64,000 nt of DNA from Eledone cirrhosa (taxonomy: Eukaryota): the NCBI GenBank assembly GCA_964016885.1, contig OZ024748.1:14446001-14510000 (forward strand). Direction: 5' to 3'. Below, piece by piece: positions 24,471 to 38,508 of the stretch; positions within the stretch are counted from its first letter, which is position 1; each line of letters begins with the position of its first letter. The notes beneath the pieces are model-generated. The model did not search any database, had not been told where the DNA came from, and saw only the letters and a list, made by a program, of their open reading frames with translations. Made by a program: the position numbers and the translations under genes.

Positions 24471-27445
24471 GTAGCAGCATAGTGGGAATATGCAAAGCCA
24501 TGGAGATTGTATGATGTTAATGACCTGTTATATGTTTTGTCAAAGAAATGTGTGGACTGTGTAGTGAGAAATTCAGCCTTAGGAATTTTCTTTGTGTAGT
24601 TTGAGCAAAACTATTTAGGAGAAGATGATGCATAACTTAGTGAAGTGGATGAATAGCTTGTGAAGGGGATGTATATTGTGAGATCTGTGTTGAGGGCTCT
24701 ATATACCCAGACAGTGGCTCTGACTTCATACAGAATTATAACTTTATATATTATATACCATACTCTGTAGTATTCTAAGTTCTTGTCATTTCCACAAGAG
24801 TGTCAGTTACAAAGCTTGGCTAGATGTTGTTCTGCCACAGCTGAACACATTGCTGTCCTTTTTCATTAAACTCTGCCAAGCCCAATCCTGTGCAGGGGTG
24901 TTCCAGTAGGGGGCATACCAGAAGGTACTGCGTAGTGGTTCGATGCTGCAGTTACACACAATGTCCCCATCCTTTAAATATCCCCCATTTGCAAGAGTGA
25001 CCTTTGCATGGCCAACACCAGATCTTAGTCTGTTTAGGCATTTTCACACTACATAGTTTGTATCTGCTCCAGAGAAGTGAGATAAGACATATTTTTCTGA
25101 TGGCTTCTGTCTGGCTGATAAACATATAAGAGTGGTTCAAATACTGTGTGCCTCGACAAACAGCTCTGAGATATAATTAGGGTGCAGCAAAAGAGACAGA
25201 TGCTATTTCAAAATGTGAAAAAAATCAATTTGAAATTCATAATATAATTATTATGTGAATATGGAAAACCGCTAAACTAAAAATAAAATCATTGCCAAAG
25301 AAAAAAAAAAAACGATGCATGTTTGTCATTAAAATCTTTTCTCCATTTATTAAGTAAAGAAGGAGGGTCAAATAATTTTTTAATATTTTTCCTTATCCAT
25401 ATTTCGTCTTTACAAATAATTCTTTAAATAAATTTTTTTAATTTAGGTACAAAATGCACCTATATATTTTTATAAAGCCAACAGAAAAAGCCTTCTGTTG
25501 TCTTTCGAGTTGGAGAAAAGAGATAAGCTGGAAGCCAGGAGGTGAAGATGGGCAGTAATTTGGCCACCATCAGCAAGAGGGTGGTATAGCTGAAGGTTGA
25601 AATACCCAATGAATATTTGACACCACCTGAAGTTATCAATGCCTCCTGGCCAAGTCTATGTTCACAGAAGGGGAATAAATGTGTGACATATTCTAGAAGA
25701 TGTAATTATTCTTACGTGTTCTGTGCACCACTTACATAACATATTCTTGGACTCCCTAGATAACTTATATATTATTGATCTCAATATAATATATTCTAAA
25801 ATGGGAACTACTGGCATAAAATATTCCAGTTTCATGTAACATGTAAGTAGATGCTAGTGCAAAATTCAAGCATCTGGAAATGAAAAATATTTTTCCAGGA
25901 AAATGTCCGAATTTGCAACTATAGCAAAAATATATTGATAAAATAAGCTAAAAAAAAATGAAAACATTTGAAGACATCAACTGTAGAAGTGGGAAATTTA
26001 ATTAGCATTTAGTAATTAGTTTAATTGGTAATTAGAGGTTACCAGCATCTTAGCTAAGACCATATTCTAGCAGTAATATTTCTAAATTGTAGGAATATAT
26101 AGTAGTAGCGAGATTAAACTGAATATTCAAATTTGCATTAATTCAGTCAATCTTAAATATTTTTTAAATTCATTTTACATTACTTCTTATCTCAATACCA
26201 TGACCAATCATAATGAAATCTTCAGCTAATTTAACCCTTTCAATGACCGTATTTCTAATGAAATACAATCTATTTTAATTAAATAATGAAGAATTTTTAG
26301 GGATTTAGTAAAATTATTAATTCATTAGTAAGATTGTAATTTAATATATTGTTCTTTTATAAAATTATATTGGAAGATTTTTATTTCATTTTAAATAAGA
26401 ACCCATTAGAATGGGCAGTTTTGTTTCATAGAATCAGAGCCATGTTGGTCTGGGCTGTCGGTATCAAAACAGCTAATAGAGAACAACTAATCAAAGCCAG
26501 CCCTACTAGAGATAGCGAGTACAACTATCATATTTATTTAATGTAACCTACACTACAGGAACAAACTAATCACACATATTCTCAAGTATGTCAATGTTTA
26601 AGTACTTTGTCAAGATCAATAATAGATAGGAGACTAATCAAAAGTGATGTCCATACACTTCATCAGTTATTACAATTAAATCATTGTCATCATCAACATC
26701 ATCTTCATCATCCTCTGTGTAAATAATTCTGGAAAAAATATGTCAGGATATTTATAAGGCTAGCATGTTCTTTTTGTGTTTTACACTTTCATTTAATTAC
26801 TATTTTCAGCCACTAGTCTATGGCCATGCTCAAGAGACATCAGGATTTAGTTGATCATATCGACTCCAGCTCTTATTTTCTTCAAGTCTTATACTTATTT
26901 TATTGATCTCGTTTTTTATCAAACAGCTAAGTTACTGGATACAAACGCATGTATATAAATGAACACACACATTCACAGATACATAAAACCGTTAATGTTT
27001 CAATCTGTCCACAAAATACTGAGAAAACACCCTTAACCAGCACGGACTGCAACAGCCATTAAATGACAAAGACGGATGTGATCAAGCTACAGCTGTCATA
27101 TTACATAGTTTCTTCAATCTCTCTCTCTCATATATATATATAACATGTCCTCACTTACTTTATATATGTGCGCCAGTTGCCTATAGGTTTGAGTAGGGAG
27201 CAGTAAGTGATTATTGTTGCAAAACGCAGTGACCTCACTTTAGACTATAAATATTTTACCCTTTCTGAAGAAGCGCAATATTTTTACGTAATGCTTGCGA
27301 TTGAGCATGGGACTATGCAATCAGTGCTAGTAGACTAATATTGCACAGAAACATATGTTAAGGAACGAACTCTAAATCAAAATTTCTCCTTCTAACCACT
27401 TCTTCTTTCCTAGTCTTTCGTTTTCCCAGGTACTATACCTATAAC

Positions 27446-27513
<68 letters not shown>

Positions 27514-28279
27514 TGCTATTGCAGTTTCTGCCAACCAAATTACAACATCAAGGCACTAATCAATCAGAAGCTATGGTAGAAGACACATTCTTAAGGTCCT
27601 AATCAATTGGACAGAACCCAGAATCATATGGTTGTGAAACAAACTCTTTAAGCACACAGTCATGCCTGTGCATGTATTACTAGCAATAATCACAGAAACT
27701 ACAGATGAACTACAGCATTTGGAATTAAAATTACAGAAAGGTGGCCCATTGGCAGTGTCATTAAGGGATTATTTGAATAAATGCCTCAGTATTTGTTCTG
27801 ACTCACTGCACTCAAATCTAGTAAAATTCCTCTTTGCTTTCTATCCTCTTGCAGTCAATAAATAAAGTACCAGTCAAGTACTAGGGGTTGGTGCTTCATT
27901 AACAGGCACTTACTTTGTCAAGTTTAAAATGTCCAAGACATGCCATATATAAGGAGAGTCCCTATGACTCCATCACAAATTAAGGAGTCTTCCCTTCTTT
28001 TCCCTCAGTTACTGAGTTATGTCCTAATGTCCTTCCCCCACATCCTTATGCTGGTTGGTTGACAACAGATATCATCAGTTGGCAATAAACACTACTACCA
28101 TGGTTGCTTAGCAACAGGAAGAGATAATAATCTGGAGAAAAAAAAATACATTTGCTCCAATGTTAACAAAAATACTCAAGAGTTATGATTGACTGAAGCT
28201 AATCTCCACACCAAGATGGCAAAAATGAGAGGGGGAGAAGAAGAAGATGGACAAGACAGAAGTGAAAGGGGAGAGGGAG

Positions 28280-28687
<408 letters not shown>

Positions 28688-29675
28688 GGCAGAGGGAAAG
28701 CGAAATTGTGTCTCTGTTCATAACTATGGAGATATTTTGAGAATCTTTCGAAATGTACTTAGAATATGCAATCCATAAATGTTATTAATAAATTATCTGC
28801 TGCACCGAAGAAATACTTTGCAACTTAATATTTTGAATGTTAGCAAAAGATGCGTTTAATATCGAAATATATTTATTTCAGAAAGATATCATGTTGACAG
28901 AATTGTTACAAGATGGAAATTTGATCAAAAGCATGACATGTAGTCCTGACTATGAAAAATAATTGTTTTCTATCTGTGGAGAAAGAGAAAGATGTTTTTT
29001 TTTGCAGTGAAAATGTTCAAAGAATGTTGTCTTATCATTTAGCAAATGAGGAATTTTAATAACTATAAATAATGTGCTACAGCCAACATATAATAAATCT
29101 TATTCAGAAGATATCTACCTCCATTTGAAGAAAAGCAGATAATAAATGATATGGAATTGGCTACTAATTAGTGTGCTATGACTTAATGCTGAAGATCATT
29201 AAAATTTTTATGTACTAAGGACATACTTATAAATCATATCTTCCAGAATGTTGGTATTTTCACTAATTAATGAACAAAAAGGAAAAGAAATAAGCTGATC
29301 ATCAGATCAGACCAAGTAACCCATGTTACCATTGGTCTTTCCATTGTTGATACAATCTGATGGTCGCAATTTCTGGAATATATCTCCTTTGTGATCCTGT
29401 CTCTAATGTTGTACTCCTGAAGAAGGGCGAAAACCCAACACATCAAACTTTTTTTCTACTTTTTTCATACAAAGCATGAAACTATTAAGACTTTTGAATT
29501 TCTGTTTATTGTATCTTTGAACTCATCATCATCATCGTTTAACGTCTATCTTCCACACTAGCATAGGTTTAGACGGGAATTGTCCCATGTGAGGCAAGAT
29601 TGGTTGTCTTGCTCGTATAGGACTGTCTGGTGGGTTTTCTACGGCTGGATGCCCTTCCTAACACCAACCATGTTT

Positions 29676-29731
<56 letters not shown>

Positions 29732-29769
29732 TATATATATAGTATATATATATATAGTATATATATATA

Positions 29770-29810
<41 letters not shown>

Positions 29811-29867
29811 ATATATATATATGCTATATATATATATATATATATATAAATATATATATACATTCTT

Positions 29868-29903
29868 TCTTCTGATGAAGGACTAGCTTCCGAAACGTTA
29901 GGA
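29868..29903 (+). ncRNA. Minimal type I hammerhead ribozyme motif (PLE-type, probably dimeric)
   Basis: TCTT CTGATGA AGGA-CTAGC-TTCC GAAAC GTT AGGA; palindromic ACGT stem III, GUU triplet, stem I UCUU/AGGA; starts a few bases after a TA array. Confidence 0.65.
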
Positions 29904-30182
29904 CCCTCTTCCTGTTATTTCAAGCATTAACCCAAACTATTCCTTCCATATACTGAACCAATTGTGTCGTTATTTCTGTTGACCTTTCACATATATACAT
30001 ATATATATAAAAAGGAGAGAATAGTTACATTGGATTAAAGAATGAATGTCTCCACAGTAGAAACTATCTGCTGGTCACAACTTCTGGCAGAAGGAGATGC
30101 GACTTGAACTCAATGCAAACAGCATGACCAGATAAGACACTGGTAAGAAAAGGGTCATTGACACAAGATTATTATTTCTTTT

Positions 30183-30368
30183 TGGGTTGGCAGTAGCGGT
30201 AGAGGGTCGGACGCCATGCTATCATGCGTAGAGTTACGGCCCTTGCCATTCTGAGTTTAAATCCCGCCAAGGTTAACTTTGCCTTTCATCCTTACGGGGT
30301 CGATAAAATAGAGTACCAGTAATGCACTGGCGTAATTTCTGGCCTTGTGCCAAAAGTAGAAACAATTA
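30183..30368 (+). mobile_element. SINE family A copy
   Basis: Matches family A; inverted partner at 30905-31096. Confidence 0.85.
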
Positions 30369-30515
30369 TTTCTTTTACATTGTATACAGTTGTAATAATT
30401 CCTCCTTTAAATCAGGTTTAGCAGTTACCAGACATTAAGGCTTCAAATACAGTTTAGATTCTATGAAATAGAAATATCCAACAGATTCAAATATTCGGTT
30501 TATATATATATTTAT

Positions 30516-30842
30516 GAAGGCACATGGCTTAGTGGTTAGAGCATTGGCCTTGCAATCGAAAGGTTGTGAGTTCAATTCTCAGACCGGGTGATGTGTTGTT
30601 TCCTTGAGCAAGAGACTTTATTTCACATTGCTCCAGTTTACTCAGCTGTAGAAATGAGATGATAGGACTGGGGTCCCTATCATTCCACTGCAAAGTGGAT
30701 GTGTAGGTGCCATGGAAAAAGCACCCAGCACTCACTGTAAATGAGGTTGGTGTTAGGAAGGGCATCCAGCTGTAGAAATCAAGCCAGAATCAGTTCCAAG
30801 CAGGGAAAAGCAGACGTAAAATGATGATGATGATGATGATGA
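30516..30842 (+). mobile_element. SINE family B (tRNA head, Meta/CORE-like centre, RTE-derived tail, (GAT)n)
   Basis: ggcacatggcttagtggttagagc (A box), gagttcaattc (B box), ttccttgagcaag...ctccagtttactcagctg, tail gcagggaaaagcagacgtaaaatgatg. Confidence 0.88.
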
Positions 30843-30904
30843 ACATAAATAATATAATATATATTATATATATATGTGTTTATGTTTATGTATGAACATA
30901 AACA

Positions 30905-31096
30905 AATAATTGTTTCTACTTTTGGCACAAGGCCAGCAATTACCCAGTACATTACTGGTACTTTATTTTATCAACTTCGTAAGGATGAAAGGCAAAGTTA
31001 ACCTCGGTGGGATTTGAACTCAATTCGTAAAGGGACGTAACTATGCTGGGAAGCATGGCGTTCGACCCTCTACCGATACTGCCAATTCACCGCCCT
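30905..31096 (-). mobile_element. SINE family A copy
   Basis: Reverse complement of the family A consensus. Confidence 0.85.
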
Positions 31097-31112
31097 TAAA
31101 CATAAACAAATA

Positions 31113-31256
<144 letters not shown>

Positions 31257-31607
31257 ATTGTTTTTAAAAGGTTTTTAAAATCCAACGTCAATAAATACAC
31301 CAGGATTTTTTCATTCTGATGATTGAAAGCAACATTTTTTTGCTTTTAAGAAACCACTGGTAAATGAAATTATTGCCTTATGTTGTTTATTACATAACTA
31401 TATTTATATATATATAAATTAGATGAGATTAACTTAGTAGAGAATTGCCAAGGCAAGAAGATTTAAAGCTCAAGGTGTATGTATGATATTATTTTATCAT
31501 TTTAGTATGACGTGAGTATATGGAAATTGAATCCATATACAAATTTCACAAGCATGAAAACGAAGGTGAAAGGTGACAATGAATGTGTGTGTGTATATAT
31601 ATATATA

Positions 31608-32292
31608 TGGATGTGTAACAGTAATATACGTGAACGGCAAAGCATAAACGAACTAAGGAAAAAATTAGAGATAAGAGGGATCAGATGTTGTTTACTCGAG
31701 AGAAGGCTGCGTTGGTATGGACACGTGATGCGCATGAAAGTCGATAGCTGTATTACAAAGTGCAGGGCAATAAAGATAGACGGTAGCCACGGAATAGGCA
31801 GACCTAGAAAAACATGGGATGAGCTGATAAACTCCGACCTCACACACTTACACCTCTCCAAGACAATGTCACTGGACCGTGACCTTTGGCGGTACTCAGT
31901 AACAGAGAAGACCCGCCTTGCCAGTAGGCATCTCTAACAAACTACACCCCGTCCCGCCACCACCCCCACCCCATCCACACCACCCCGTTCCATGTAAAGT
32001 TATGTTGGTGCCGCGCCATCCAGGCCGAAACAAACGAGATCGTGTAGGTGTCACGACAAAAAAACACACAGTCCACGCTGTAATGTGGCCGTTTAGGCAA
32101 CACGGTAAAAACCTCCCAGACCCACACTGTAAATGTGGTTGGTGTTAGGAAGGGCATCCAACTGTAGAAAACCTGCCAGACAGTCCTATGCGAGCAAGAC
32201 AATCACTCTTGCCTCAAGTGGGACTACCCCCGTCCAAACCCATGCAAGCGTGGAACACGGACGTTAAACGTTGATGATGATGATGATGATGA
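31608..32292 (+). mobile_element. RTE-clade LINE 3' fragment (ORF2 C-terminus, 3' UTR, (GAT)n tail)
   Basis: WMCNSNIRERQSINELRKKLEIRGIRCCLLERRLRWYGHVMRM...GIGRPRKTWDELINSDL...DRDLWR; LRWYGHV and GRPRKTW are typical of the RTE C-terminus. 5'-truncated at a TA array. Confidence 0.9.
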
Positions 32293-32482
32293 TATATATA
32301 TATATATATACACACACACACCCTTGACTGTATGCATGTTGGTAGAGTGTAATGTCACTAATGTTTATTTATGATGTGTTCAGGAAATAAATTTCTTTGT
32401 TCAATGATTTGAGAATGAGTCACTCACACAAAGAGAAAAAGAGAGAAAATGAACGAGAAAGGAAAGTAATAATATATATATA

Positions 32483-32830
32483 TCATCATTCATCATCATC
32501 ATTTCATTTAACGTCCACTTTTTCCCTGCTTGCAAGGGTGGGACGGGAACTGATTCTGGCTTGATTTCTACAGCTGGATGCCCTTCCTAACACCAACCTC
32601 ATTTACAGTGAGTGCTGGGTGCTTTTTTGCCGTGGCACCTCCACGACCACTTTGCAGTGGAATGATAGGGACCCCAGTCCCTATCATCTCATTTCTACAG
32701 TTGAGTAAACTGGAGCAATGTGAAATAAAGTGTCTTGCTCAAGGAAACAACACATCACCTGGTCTGAGAATTGAACTCACAACCTTTTGATTGCAAGGCC
32801 AATGCTCTAACCACTAAGCCATGTGCCTCC
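32483..32830 (-). mobile_element. SINE family B copy
   Basis: Near-identical to 37512-37850 and 63524-63862, and inverted relative to 44221-44566. Confidence 0.9.
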
Positions 32831-33020
32831 ATATAAATATATATATACATCTATATATAATTATAAATAAGGAAGGAAATGTGGTAAGGAACCATAACAC
32901 ACCAAACTACTCAATACTTAGGGTAGTAGAATGGGTAAGAGGAACAAGAATTAGCTGTCGAAACGGCTTGAGCGCTGCCGTCGCGGTCATACTTGTTCCT
33001 ATAATTATAAATATATATAT

Positions 33021-33107
<87 letters not shown>

Positions 33108-33386
33108 AATATATATGTATAGATATATATACATATATATATATATTTAAATATAAATTTATATGTATATACATATATACATATATATACAAATATAAAT
33201 TCATATGTATATACATATATATATATATTCATATATATATATATAAACTTATATGTATATACATATATATAAATATAAATTTATATGTATATACATATAT
33301 ATATAAATATAAATTTATATATATATACATATGTATATATACATATATATATATATACATACATATATATATATGTATATATATAC

Positions 33387-33417
<31 letters not shown>

Positions 33418-33895
33418 TTTTGATGTACAGTTATAAATATATATATATGTATGTGTGTGTGTATATATATGTGAGTGTGTTCTTGTATATAGATACATAT
33501 ATGTATGTAATGTATGTATGTGTCATGTCTTTCTCACGGAGATGTTCTTAACACATTTGAATTATTTGAACTTAATGACTACTTAGTGAAAATGACACAA
33601 GATAGCAATGGAGTAATGAAATATAGCAAATACAGTCGACTTTGCTGAAATTTATGCTTCTGCTTAATAATAAAAATCACTAATCATTGAGACTTGTGAG
33701 AGTGAATAAATCAAACTTTGTCATACAGACATATACTGAAACACTATATACAATATACACAAATGTACAGTATATACATCATGTACAATATATTTTATTG
33801 GCGAGTAAAATCAATACTGAAATATTGTTGGAGAATAAGTGTCATAGCTTACATCCTCTTTATTTCTCTTGTATATTTACTATTTACATTCCAAC

Positions 33896-34710
33896 TATAA
33901 TAATAATAATAATGAAATTATTGAGTACAGTGTTCAGGTGCACTACAACTCATCAAAGGTGCATGTATAGTACATAGAATAAGGTACAAATGTCAGGAAA
34001 GTGAACAGTTTATGAGTCATGATATACACACAGATATATGCGTGCTTTTGTATGGAGGCGGAATATCAGGTGTAGTGTTGGCGAATTTCAGGAAGCATGG
34101 AGGCTTTGAAGGACACAGTGTCCTGACAGCTAACAACCAATGCAGGTAGTTTGTTCGATGCTTCAGCAACTCTTAGCATGAAAGTATGTTTCTGAAAGTC
34201 ATGGAAGCTGTGCTGTTTTCTGACTTTGTAGGCATGCCCATGGGTGTTAGACACATGGAATTGAAAAAGGTGCTCAAAGTTTTTGTTGGCAAGGTGGTTA
34301 ATAATTTTGTGAGTATTTACCAAATCAGTTGCCAGACATCGGAGTTTCAATATATCCATGCCCAGAGAAGCAAGGCTTTCAGAGTATGATAGTACCATGC
34401 CTTGTAGAGAGTATTCGCTTGGTTTCACATCTCTGAACAGTTTCCAGGAGGTCAATATTCTGTGCAAGTTATGGGTTCAAGATTGGTGGTGCAAATTCTA
34501 AGTGTGGCCACAACATAGCTATATACAGCTTTAAATAGATAACTAGAGAGTGGCTGACAAAGGTCTTACTGAGTGATGCCAAGACACCCTCAGCCTTCTT
34601 GATAATTTTAGAGATGTGCCTTGTCCAATGAAAATCACTGCTGACAGTAATGCCTAGGTCACATTCACAAGAAGACTTCTTGATATTAGTGTTATGGAAG
34701 GAGTATGTGG
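33896..34710 (-). mobile_element. CR1-clade LINE 3' fragment, degenerate
   Basis: CECDLGITVSSDFHWTRHISKIIKKA...LKLYIAMLWPHLEFAPPILNP and SYSESLASLG...DLVNTHKII...THGHAYKV...RVAEASNKLP...SFK resemble the CR1 ORF2 C-terminus; (ATT)n tail near 33896. Confidence 0.88.
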
Positions 34711-34837
34711 ACACGGGTTATTTTTATTGTAGCATATATACCAGATATACATATCTATTTATCTATATCTATCTATCTATCTTTCTAAATCTATTTCTCA
34801 CTGTCTCCCTCTATCCCTCTCAAGGTACATGTACATA

Positions 34838-34869
<32 letters not shown>

Positions 34870-34978
34870 GTAAATTTGTATTCCAATGTTACTAAGTAGT
34901 TGTATTGGATGGAGTCAACCGACATCGGAGATTGCTCAACGTATAATAAAGTGTGTTTTAAAATCCGGAGAAAATATG

Positions 34979-35056
34979 GAGAAGAAGTTTATGAAATAGA
35001 AATGCGGGTATAAAGAATTCTTTATACCCGCATTTCCATTTCATAAACTTCTTCTC
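34979..35056. repeat. 78-bp palindrome, 1 mismatch, centred on GAATTC
   Basis: gagaagaagtttatgaaatagaaatgcgggtataaagaa|ttctttatacccgcatttccatttcataaacttcttctc. Confidence 0.95.
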
Positions 35057-36069
35057 TCTCTCTATATATATATATATCAGGATTAAACCAGTATTAAACT
35101 AATCAGACCATTATTCAACAGAGTACTCGATAGTAGAGTGTAACTATATTAGAAAGAGATGGGGCCCGATAGGATTAGCTATCGAAACATCAAGATCTGA
35201 GGTGTCATCAGTATTAATAATGTGTGTATGTGTGTGAGAGAGAGAGACCACTAAAGCCCCTATCTTTAAAACACCTGAAAAACCTCTTATGAGAAACTCC
35301 CTTGTAAGAAATATTGCATAATAGTGAACTCTAAATTTCAATTCATTTCTCTTCTTTTTTTCAATGACTTTTCTAATGATTTAATTAATTTGCTGAGTAA
35401 AATGTAGAAACAATAATTGAGAAAAGATTAAATATCTGAGTAATTGATTGATTGGTAATTCAGGGTCATATCAATAATCTCTATTGATCTACTAATATTA
35501 GATAAAACATTTCATTTCTCTCTCCCTTTGGTGGCTTCTTCTACAATAGACAGAAGATGAAATAAGCTTCTGTCTAAGTAATAGTGTTGAATTTCATTGA
35601 TCTCTCAATGTCAATCTATGTAGGAATATGTGTATGGTATAGTTGTCTTATCTTTTCTTCCTCTCATAATGTTTTAACTCTTTCATAAACTCATTTCTAA
35701 TGAAATACACTATACTTCAATTAATTAATTAAGAATTTGAAGGATTTACTAAAATTATTGATTATTTTATTACTAAATTAGTAAAAATAATGTAAGGTTC
35801 GTATATAAAATTATGTTGGAAGCTTTTAATTTAAATTGGAAAACTTTAAAATGGGTGACTTTATTTCATAGAATAAGAATGGAAACATCTTTCTCCTCCT
35901 CCTCCACTCTGTCTTTCTTTTGCTTGTACATATAGACATATATTTCTCTTGCTTATGTACATAGTTAATGAATGATCTCTGTCACCACCAAAGTCCTGAA
36001 TAAATGTGTTTTATTACTCTAGCACTTACTGTCACTCTTCGTCTCCCTTTCTCCCTCCTCTCTTCGTTC

Positions 36070-36265
36070 CTATATCCTCTCTCTCTGCTATCTCACCCTC
36101 TCTCTATCCTATCTCACCCTCTCTCTTTCCTATATTCTCTCTCTTTCCTATCTCACCCTCTCTCTTTCCTATCTCACCCTCTCTCTTTCCTATCCGACCC
36201 TCTTTCTTTCCTATCTCTTCTCTTTCTTTCCTATCGCTCCCTCTCTCTTTCCTATCTCACCATCT
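36070..36265. repeat. Pyrimidine-rich minisatellite, 21-bp unit (cctatctcaccctctctcttt)
   Basis: Visible directly. Confidence 0.85.
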
Positions 36266-36534
36266 TTCCTACCTCCTCTCTGCCCCTCTATCATTTTACC
36301 TGTAGTATATTTTTTCAGATACCAGACTGCTATAATTTTTTTGTGAAAAGAGTGTTTTTCTTACATGCAAGACAAATTCTCAAGAGAAATCCAATGGTCT
36401 TCTATTAAATCAAATATACAGTTATTAAGAACAAGTCCAGTATTTCTATATCTGTTTTACAACAACCTGGACAATACCAAGTCAATGTCAGGTAATCTGT
36501 TTGTAGAAAAATGACTGGTTGCTGTTACACTTAC

Positions 36535-36730
36535 CAGCTATCATCAACTTCACGCCCTTCACTCTGGCACTTGATTTTCCGATGTTGCTGTCCTGTTCCA
36601 CAAGTGACACTTGGTCCAAGTATACACGGGCCCCAATCCATTGCTACCCAGGAAAATGTTCTACACTCAAGCCTTGATGGACATGGGCTACTTTCTGTCA
36701 AAGATGAAGCATGTGGACAAGCTGGACCGG
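36535..36730 (-). CDS. THSD7A: THSD7A/B-like exon (196 nt, phase 1-2)
   Basis: tcttgcAG acceptor, GTaagt donor; SGPACPHASSLTESSPCPSRLECRTFSWVAMDWGPCILGPSVTCGTGQQHRKIKCQSEGREVDDS(W). Confidence 0.93.
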
Positions 36731-37154
36731 CTGCAAGATGACAAAAATATATAATGATAGAATGTAAATACAATTAACAAAGACATGTTATGATTATTTT
36801 GAAGATAGCTGGTGTAGTGCAAATTAGAAACTATTGAGTGAAAAGTAGAGTAAAGTTAGACAAACAAAACAAGTCTTCACACTTTTACTTTATATTTCAT
36901 GATATTGTAGGGTTAGAAAACCCCTTTCATTCAAAATAATTGCAGGTTGGCATCTGGTTTAGGGTGTTTGCACACCTGATTTGTGGACAGATTGGGGCAA
37001 TAACTGTATTATGTACACACACACACATATATATATGTATGTATGCAAAAAGCAAACAGAAATAACAAAGCAAATGACACAGTACTTGTCCCACCCTTGC
37101 AAGCAGGGAAAAAGCGGACGTAAAATGAAATGATGATGATGAAAAATATATATA

Positions 37155-37264
37155 TATAATAACTAGAAATTGATTAACATATATATAAACATGAATAATC
37201 ACAGGAGATATCTTCTGTGATTATTCATGTTTATATATATGTTAATCAATTTCTAGTTATTATA
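37155..37264. repeat. 110-bp palindrome, 1 mismatch, centred on GATATC
   Basis: tataataactagaaattgattaacatatatataaacatgaataatcacaggagat|atcttctgtgattattcatgtttatatatatgttaatcaatttctagttattata. Confidence 0.95.
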
Positions 37265-37511
37265 AAATGCTCGGACCTACTCGTTAGAATCTTGGAGCTT
37301 ATTTTCCGGGTGATATGGCGCATGTCCTTCTGGCATGACACCCATAATTTTGATTTAGATTAAATTCATTTAATTTATCTTAATTTTGTATATATATATA
37401 TATACACACACACACTAGTAACACATACGTAAATCCTATGAAACAGACGTGAATTAGGTAGCATAAAGCATGTTGTTAAAGGCTTTAATGTTTCTGCCAG
37501 TCCAGCTTGCT

Positions 37512-37850
37512 CATTTTCATTCATTTCATTTTACGTCCACTTTTCCCTGCTTGCAAGGGTGGGACGGGAACTGATACTGTCTTGATTTCTACAGCTGGAT
37601 GCCCTTCCTAACACCAACCTCATTTACAGTGAGTACTGGGTGCTTTTTTGCCGTGTCACCTCCACAACCACTTTGCAGTGGAATGATAGGGACCCCAGTC
37701 CCTATCATCTCATTTCTACAGCTGAGTAAACTGGAGCAATGTGAAATAAAGTGTCTTGCTCAAGGAAACAACACATCACCCGGTCTGAGAATTGAACTCA
37801 CAACTTTCGATTGCAAGACCAATGCTCTAACCACTAAGCCATGTGCCTCC
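37512..37850 (-). mobile_element. SINE family B copy
   Basis: Full-length reverse copy ending aagccatgtgcctcc. Confidence 0.9.
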
Positions 37851-38280
37851 ACTGGTATTATATATCAACCCCAAAAGGATGAAAAGCAAAGTTGGCCCAG
37901 CAGGATATGAACCTAGAGCACAGAGAGCCAGAAAAAATGCTGAAACATTTAATCCAAAACTCTAATGACTGCTAATCAAATTATCATTAAAAATAAATTC
38001 ACTTTTGAATCTAGTTGGAAAAACAATTGCAATGTCACGTAGAATGCAAATATTATTGCCTGTGTATCAAATGATTGCAAGATTTCAGTTGAGAATATTT
38101 AATAAAGTGTTGGATAATTCCAACTGTAAAGAGGGAGTTAAAGAAATCTTAGTCAAATTTGACAAAGAATACAGCGAGATATTTCCTCTAAATACAATCA
38201 CACAATATCATAGAATTTCAGAGATATTAACTATGCATAAACGAATGCATCACATGTCCTAAGCAGGGTTACTGCTACCA

Positions 38281-38508
38281 TTAAACATTTAGCATTTAAA
38301 CTGGTTGTATCTGGCCAGAACTCTCTCACCCCTTTCTGTTCAAACTGGCTCTAACTGGCTGCTCATACCTACATTAAGGTATTATTCTCAAAATAAATAA
38401 CATCAAAATCTTATAGATTCTATATTATGTGAAAAGATTATGTTAGATAAAGCCTTTACTGTAAAAATACAATAGAAAATATAGAATAATGTAAATGCTA
38501 AAGGGTTA
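38281..38508. mobile_element. piggyBac-like MITE family 2 copy
   Basis: ttaaacatttagcattta ... taaatgctaaagggtta; internal homology to 22892-23120. Confidence 0.75.

Noticed and set aside
27159-27345. Possible extra TSR exon (minus strand STSTDCIVPCSI, GTAAGT donor at 27158)
   Set aside because: In-frame stop follows within a few codons, and exons 36535 and 18726 already join in phase and collinearly with THSD7.
30516-30590. tRNA gene
   Set aside because: A and B boxes are present but continue into a SINE body repeated five times; no complete acceptor stem.
31310-31335. CTGATGA-TT-GAAA as a hammerhead
   Set aside because: No room for stem II and no stem I or III pairing.
31512-31937. 141-aa ORF as a host gene
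   Set aside because: C-terminal fragment of an RTE ORF2 fused by chance to upstream microsatellite sequence.
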